Positions 59,270 through 64,000 of a DNA stretch of 64,000 bases are shown in pieces. A program made the position numbers and the translations under genes. Position 1 is the stretch's first letter. Each line of letters begins with the position of its first letter. The notes under the pieces are model-generated. The model was not told the DNA's origin, searched no databases, and saw only the letters and a list, made by a program, of their open reading frames with translations. The stretch covers positions 128,001-192,000 of the forward strand of contig CM000430.1 of NCBI GenBank assembly GCA_000165345.1. The letters are read 5' to 3'.

Positions 59270-60139
59270 ACTTTGCAATATAAGATTAAGAAAGTCCATT
59301 AGACGTTAGAATTTTAATTCGGCCTACCTTATTTTGAAGAAAGTTGTAGATAATACTTTCTCTCTAATACACTTAATAGATATTTGTAATACAAACACAA
59401 TATCTAAGCTAAATATTTACAAATGCATAAAGAAGTCTAGTTATACTAATCAACTTTTCCCTAACTTTAAATCTACTCAAAAACTCTCTACTAAATACAA
59501 TTCAATCATACAAAAAAAAACACACACAATACCTCATTCATTTTAAAAATGACTTAGTGTTATTCTGATTGTGATATTTTCATTTGTAACTAACGATTAA
59601 TATGATAATCATATACTCCATTTTATTGAATTCGATTTCTATTATAGTTTAGCGCTTTTCAACATTCAAAAGAACTTGTCAATCATTTTGAACTAATAGA
59701 AGGAATAACCACAAGCCTTAGAAATTACAGAAAGCATTGGAATAAGCTGACTCGATACCTGTAACCTTTATTGTTACATTGGATGAGTTAAAACAAGACA
59801 CATCCGATATTTACTGAGGTCATATCCTCAATGCTATAAACTCATTCCTGTACTTATTTGGACTGTTTGGTTCTTCCTCATTCTACTAATACTCTTTAGA
59901 ATGAATAAGATGATAAATATAGCAATTCTTAGCAGTAATTTGGAAGAGTAAGGAAGAAGAGGAGGAGCAATTAGATATAATATTACAAGGCATTCCAACC
60001 AATTTCTTGGCAGTTCGCTATACCTTGTTGCAATCAGCTCAGCTTTGAATAACAAAAGGTAAAATTGAGCCAAACATTTTCTTCATCTACAAATTATTGC
60101 TTTAAGATCGATGAAACATTAGAGCAACAAAAAATCCAA

Positions 60140-60589
60140 TTACTTGGAAAGCATCATCTTAGTGAACTCCTCGTACATAATCTGACCGTCACCATCAACG
60201 TCAGCTTCTCTAATCATTTCATCGACTTCTTCGTCAGATAACTTCTCACCCAAATTTGTCATTACGTGTCTCAATTCAGCTGCAGAAATAAAGCCATTGC
60301 CATCTCTATCAAATACCTTGAATGCTTCAATAAGTTCATCTTCAGTATCAGTATCCTTCATTTTTCTAGCCATAAGACTTAAAAATTCTGGGAAATCGAT
60401 TGTACCATTACCATCAGCATCAACTTCATTAATCATATCAAGCAACTCAGCTTCAGTCGGATTCTGTCCAAGAGATCTCATTACAGTTCCCAACTCCTTT
60501 GTAGTAATGCTACCATCACCATCCTTATCAAAGAGTGAGAAAGCTTCCTTGAATTCTGCAATCTGTTCTTCAGTTAATTGTTCTGCCAT
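60140..60589 (-). CDS. CAM: Calmodulin
   Basis: 149 aa with four EF hands ([48 protein letters not shown]). Near-identical to canonical calmodulin. Confidence 0.95.
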   Translation of the reverse strand: MAEQLTEEQIAEFKEAFSLFDKDGDGSITTKELGTVMRSLGQNPTEAELLDMINEVDADGNGTIDFPEFLSLMARKMKDTDTEDELIEAFKVFDRDGNGFISAAELRHVMTNLGEKLSDEEVDEMIREADVDGDGQIMYEEFTKMMLSK

Positions 60590-61464
60590 TTTCTAGATTC
60601 TCTTAGATTACAGTAAAATAATAGGAATATAAATATAACAAAAAGATTTCAATACCAAATAGTACCTATTTATTTGCAGAAATATAACTCTTGGCTTTCA
60701 AAAAAAAGATTAAAGAGTTTATTACTTCAAATATTAAATTATCTATGTATATGAAATTGGAGTATTATATATTTCCAAAAAAAATAATAATAAATTTTAG
60801 GGAAAAATTTATTATTTACATATATATTATTTTCTTGGATTTTATTAATTTATTAATTCTTTAATTGGGTTCTTATATACATGAATTAGTAATTATGGAT
60901 AGGTGTGTGAATCACGTCTTGTCCCCGCAAATTTTAGGCGGGGGGTCGTGCAGGTTGAGAAATCTATACCTTGGAAAAATTAAATATATAAAAAATATGC
61001 TTGAACAATAATGCTTGATGAAGATTCAATTACATCTCCCAACTTGGAATATTTAGCAAAAAACAAAAAAGGAACATTTAGTCGAATCAGCCTCTCAAGT
61101 ATCTCAGAACTACGGTAAAGAACAAGAAATGCGAGAAAATACGTTAAAAATACTTAAATATTCGTTATCTCTAATGGTAGCCATTAATAGAAATTTAAAT
61201 GTCAAAATAGCACTTTTTTTGAACTAGGAATACGCTAGCTACTATTTAAACTAGTTAGATTAAAATTATTCCCGGTAGAGGTGAGTTTGAACGTGTTATA
61301 AAAGAATAATGATAGGGTGGTGATCGTCGTATTAATCTATGAAGTTTTGAAATAGCTTCATGAACGAAGTATTGCACATAGGAGCTTCTCCTAATGTATC
61401 CCCAAGAAAAAAAAAAGTTAATATGACTCAGACCTTGTGAAAATTGAGTGGTTCCTGAAAAGTC

Positions 61465-61803
61465 TCAAGCTCCGTGTATCTTTATTTCGTCAGAATTAAC
61501 AATATTCTCTCCAACTAGGAACCTAGCTACGTTGTGTCGATGATCTCCCTGAATTTGAAGAATTGGTCCATGCTCTGGGTCATCAATTATTGTTCCATTA
61601 CAGCTGAAGTTTTTCTTGAAAGCTTTTAATAACCTTTTTAAGTCAAACTCAGCGCTGAGTCCCTGTACAGTTGTTAAACTCTTCTTGCCATTACGTTGTT
61701 GGTTTCTTATGTGAACGTAGCCAGAGGAGCTCTTTCCAACTTCTGATAGTGCGTCTACGACAAACGGTGTGGGAATTCCAACCGTATCTGAAGATGAGGC
61801 CAT
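61465..61803 (-). CDS. SUI1: Translation initiation factor eIF1 / SUI1
   Basis: 112 aa. IRNQQRNGKKSLTTVQGL...KLLKAFKKNFSCNGTI...ILQIQGDHRHNVARFL is the SUI1 fold signature. Confidence 0.9.
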   Translation of the reverse strand: MASSSDTVGIPTPFVVDALSEVGKSSSGYVHIRNQQRNGKKSLTTVQGLSAEFDLKRLLKAFKKNFSCNGTIIDDPEHGPILQIQGDHRHNVARFLVGENIVNSDEIKIHGA

Positions 61804-62561
61804 ACAATTAAACTTGAACTTTTAAGCAAAAATTGCCTTGCAATAATTATTTATCCATTTAAAAGGATAAAAAAAGGAGACGCGGCCATTTATACCGCCA
61901 AGTAATATTTTGAGGGCTGGCGCCCGCAATATAAACTTTCCAAGTAATGTCTACTATAATAATATCCTTTAAGATAAGTTTTGGGTGGGGTGTGTCGAGG
62001 GGGGAAGATATGTGCGTAAAAAAGTAAGAAACAGTACAAAATTTAAATATAATAATATTGGTATTAATCATTTTATTTTCGTAACTACTCTGAGCAAATA
62101 ATTGCCACTGTCAAATTTTTGTATAAATATCAATTTACTGCCTCCCAACTTTTTTCTTTTATTTCTGATAGTTGGCGCTGCCGACGTTTTAACTTAATAG
62201 CTAGGCATTAAATTAAATTAAATTTTGAAATATATTCAAGGAATGTTTGAAAGAATTCCCTTTCATTGTGTTTAACATAATTTTTTTATTGCTACAATCG
62301 TGTGGCTTGTATTTGAGCACCCCAAAATCTTACCTATTCAAGGGATTCCCTGTCATTTTAAGAACACTGGCCTCTGCAGTTTTTTTTAGCAGATTCATGA
62401 TTGTATATAAAGATAGTAATAGGTAAGAGTAGATATATCGTTACTATTATAAAGTTTGCTCGACTGTTTAACTTTGATTTGTACTACTCTTTGTCCGGTT
62501 AGAAATCTTTTTTCCTAAATACGATAATTTATTGGTTTTGCATCGAAAATTATAGTAAGGA

Positions 62562-63242
62562 CTAAACCATATTTTGAGCATTACTCATAATTGTCTTAAC
62601 TGCAATATTAGTAATCCAATCCTTTTGAATATTTCTGGACGAACGAATACACTTTGTATATCCAATTAAGTTTGAGAATGAAAGTGTAATAGCTATTACT
62701 GAAAGTGAAATCCACTGAAATTTCAGTGAAAGAAATTGAAATACTATAATAACAACCCAAAGTAAAGCCCATCCATATGTTGTAACCCAAAAGACTGATT
62801 TGTCAGTGCTTGATGAAACATTGGTATTTGTATTTTTAGATTCATTACAATTTTCAAACATCCAAACGGTCTCCCCGTCCTTAGTAATCTCATACCACCA
62901 TCTCATTCCAACCAAAATTCTTCCTGTCACATTCTTTACAGTCCAGAAATCCAAAGAAAGTAATATAGATGTAAGGAAAAATGTCAAAATAAAGCTATTA
63001 TTAGAAAAAAATCTGAAAAAAAATGGTCCAAAAATAAAAGATAAAAATGCTAGAACCTTAAATAGAACTTGGAAAAGACAAATCGTAGGATGAGTTGCGG
63101 AATTTAGTATGCTTGCCATAATTGGTGCTCCTGCTACATCTTCATTCATCATTGCATTCTTATGATTAACGTTATTTAGCTGATTCATGCCAGCTGGATT
63201 AGACAGGCTACTTTGCCCCACAAACTCCAACTCCATATTCAT
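62562..63242 (-). CDS. TVP23: Golgi membrane protein TVP23 (FAM18/DUF846) family
   Basis: HPTICLFQVLFKVLAFLSFIFG ... LDFWTVKNVTGRILVGMRWWYEI ... WMFE: the diagnostic DFW-x-KNV-x-GR-x-LVG-x-RWW block, four TM helices. Confidence 0.72.
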   Translation of the reverse strand: MNMELEFVGQSSLSNPAGMNQLNNVNHKNAMMNEDVAGAPIMASILNSATHPTICLFQVLFKVLAFLSFIFGPFFFRFFSNNSFILTFFLTSILLSLDFWTVKNVTGRILVGMRWWYEITKDGETVWMFENCNESKNTNTNVSSSTDKSVFWVTTYGWALLWVVIIVFQFLSLKFQWISLSVIAITLSFSNLIGYTKCIRSSRNIQKDWITNIAVKTIMSNAQNMV

Positions 63243-63330
63243 ATGCCAGTCCTGTTATAAACATATATTTACTTTGCTTCCTTAATTATCACTTTTTATT
63301 CTTTCAGCTTTAAGTAATATGGACAGCCAT

Positions 63331-63347
63331 TCCCCGCCAAAAGTTCA
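63331..63347. promoter_or_regulatory. E2F-like site in TVP23/PIG-P divergent promoter (TGAACTTTTGGCGGGGA)
   Basis: tccccgccaaaagttca. Same 15-mer as at 42328. Confidence 0.5.
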
Positions 63348-63496
63348 TGTATTATTTTCAAGCCAAATTTTCTTATAAACCTAAATCAAAAAAACTAAAA
63401 TAAGAGAATGTAATAGCATTTAATTTGATTGATTTCATATTAATTCCAAAAGGGGTATAATCAACTCATTTAAATTATAAGATCAGCTTTGAAAGT

Positions 63497-64000
63497 ATGA
63501 GTATAACAGTGCCTGCTGCCGATGTATCGAGTTTTGTAAGCTGGATATTAAGTTGGATTTCTATAGGTAAGTTCAATTTGTCTTGGTATTTAGTGGTTTT
63601 GGGCTAAAATCCAAATTATTGAGCTTTTCCTTACTTTTTAACTGCAATTTGTTGTCAAAGCTATTGAAATAAGTTTTCATGAGTAATTCAAGGGAAAAGC
63701 AAATTTAATAATAATGGATGTGAGATTCAGAAACGCTAACTCAAAAAACTAAATATTTCAATTCTATTAACTGCTGTTTTAATTTAGTTGTATATTTATG
63801 TTGGATGTTTATACCTGATGAGTACTTAAATCAAATCAATATAACATATTACCCAGATAGGATGTGGGGAATTACTGTTCCAATATATATGTTATTTTTG
63901 CCCTTCATGACAATAATAACATATAATTGTATATCAATTCTTAATGTCAGGCCAACCAATTCATTTGACCTGATTATAGATGAATCAACAAGATACATTG
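63497..64000 (+). CDS. PIGP: GPI-GlcNAc transferase subunit PIG-P (partial, runs off the window), exons 63497..63566 and 63788..>64000, intron 63567..63787 (221 nt)
   Basis: Exon 1 encodes MSITVPAADVSSFVSWILSWISI, then a GTAAGT donor. The acceptor TTTTAATTTAG joins in frame to VVYLCWMFIPDEYLNQINITYYPDRMWGITVPIYM...NVRPTNSFDLIIDESTRY. This aligns residue for residue with human PIG-P [46 protein letters not shown]...TSPLDSIHTITDNYAK. Confidence 0.7.

Noticed and set aside
59834-60073. 79-aa hydrophobic minus-strand ORF just downstream of the calmodulin stop
   Set aside because: It begins only about 67 bp 3' of the calmodulin stop on the same strand, with no promoter space and no recognisable family. 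It is probably within the calmodulin 3' UTR.

Overview
This 64 kb window is AT-rich (about 30% GC by eye) eukaryotic nuclear DNA, not bacterial. It is compact and gene-dense: about 28 protein-coding genes on both strands, with 0.4 to 1.5 kb spacers. Most genes are single-exon. Six genes can be shown from sequence to carry one short GT-AG intron (61 to 221 nt) that the six-frame ORF track misses: Sec61-beta, a nucleotide-sugar transporter, a BAR-like protein, Sam50, PIG-P and the 3' end of PMS1. The recognisable products are a multi-domain PLAT/LCCL/SRCR/LamG adhesive protein of the apicomplexan CCp/LAP family, Sam50, CCT-alpha, calmodulin, dynein LC8, eIF1/SUI1, a MutL/PMS1 homologue with the DQHAxxE endonuclease motif, TFIIIC-tau95, alpha-SNAP, a Bub3/Rae1-family WD40 protein, a PPPDE/DeSI peptidase, TVP23, a Kir-like two-TM K+ channel, a SUN-domain protein and an MFS transporter. 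Spacers are dense in E2F-like TTTGGCGGGAAA and TTGGCGCCAA sites, TGCATGCA boxes and a GAGACGGC G-box. Together these point to an apicomplexan, most like Cryptosporidium (inference). I found no rRNA, tRNA, transposon, telomere or CRISPR. Beyond known motif classes, the most unusual things are: (i) a 13-15-mer, AATGTGGACAAAT, present five times, including inside a CDS and in a convergent 3'-3' spacer; (ii) two GC-rich islands flanked by CCCGC/GCGGG inverted repeats that share this motif and GCATG boxes, one embedded in-frame in the first giant ORF; and (iii) a bipartite GGCGCC-N2-5-(A)TGTGG(G) element upstream of four genes, with a looser fifth copy. Several ORF-track 'M' starts are really TTG codons; I corrected those where possible. 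Intron and exon coordinates derived by hand may be off by 1-2 nt.
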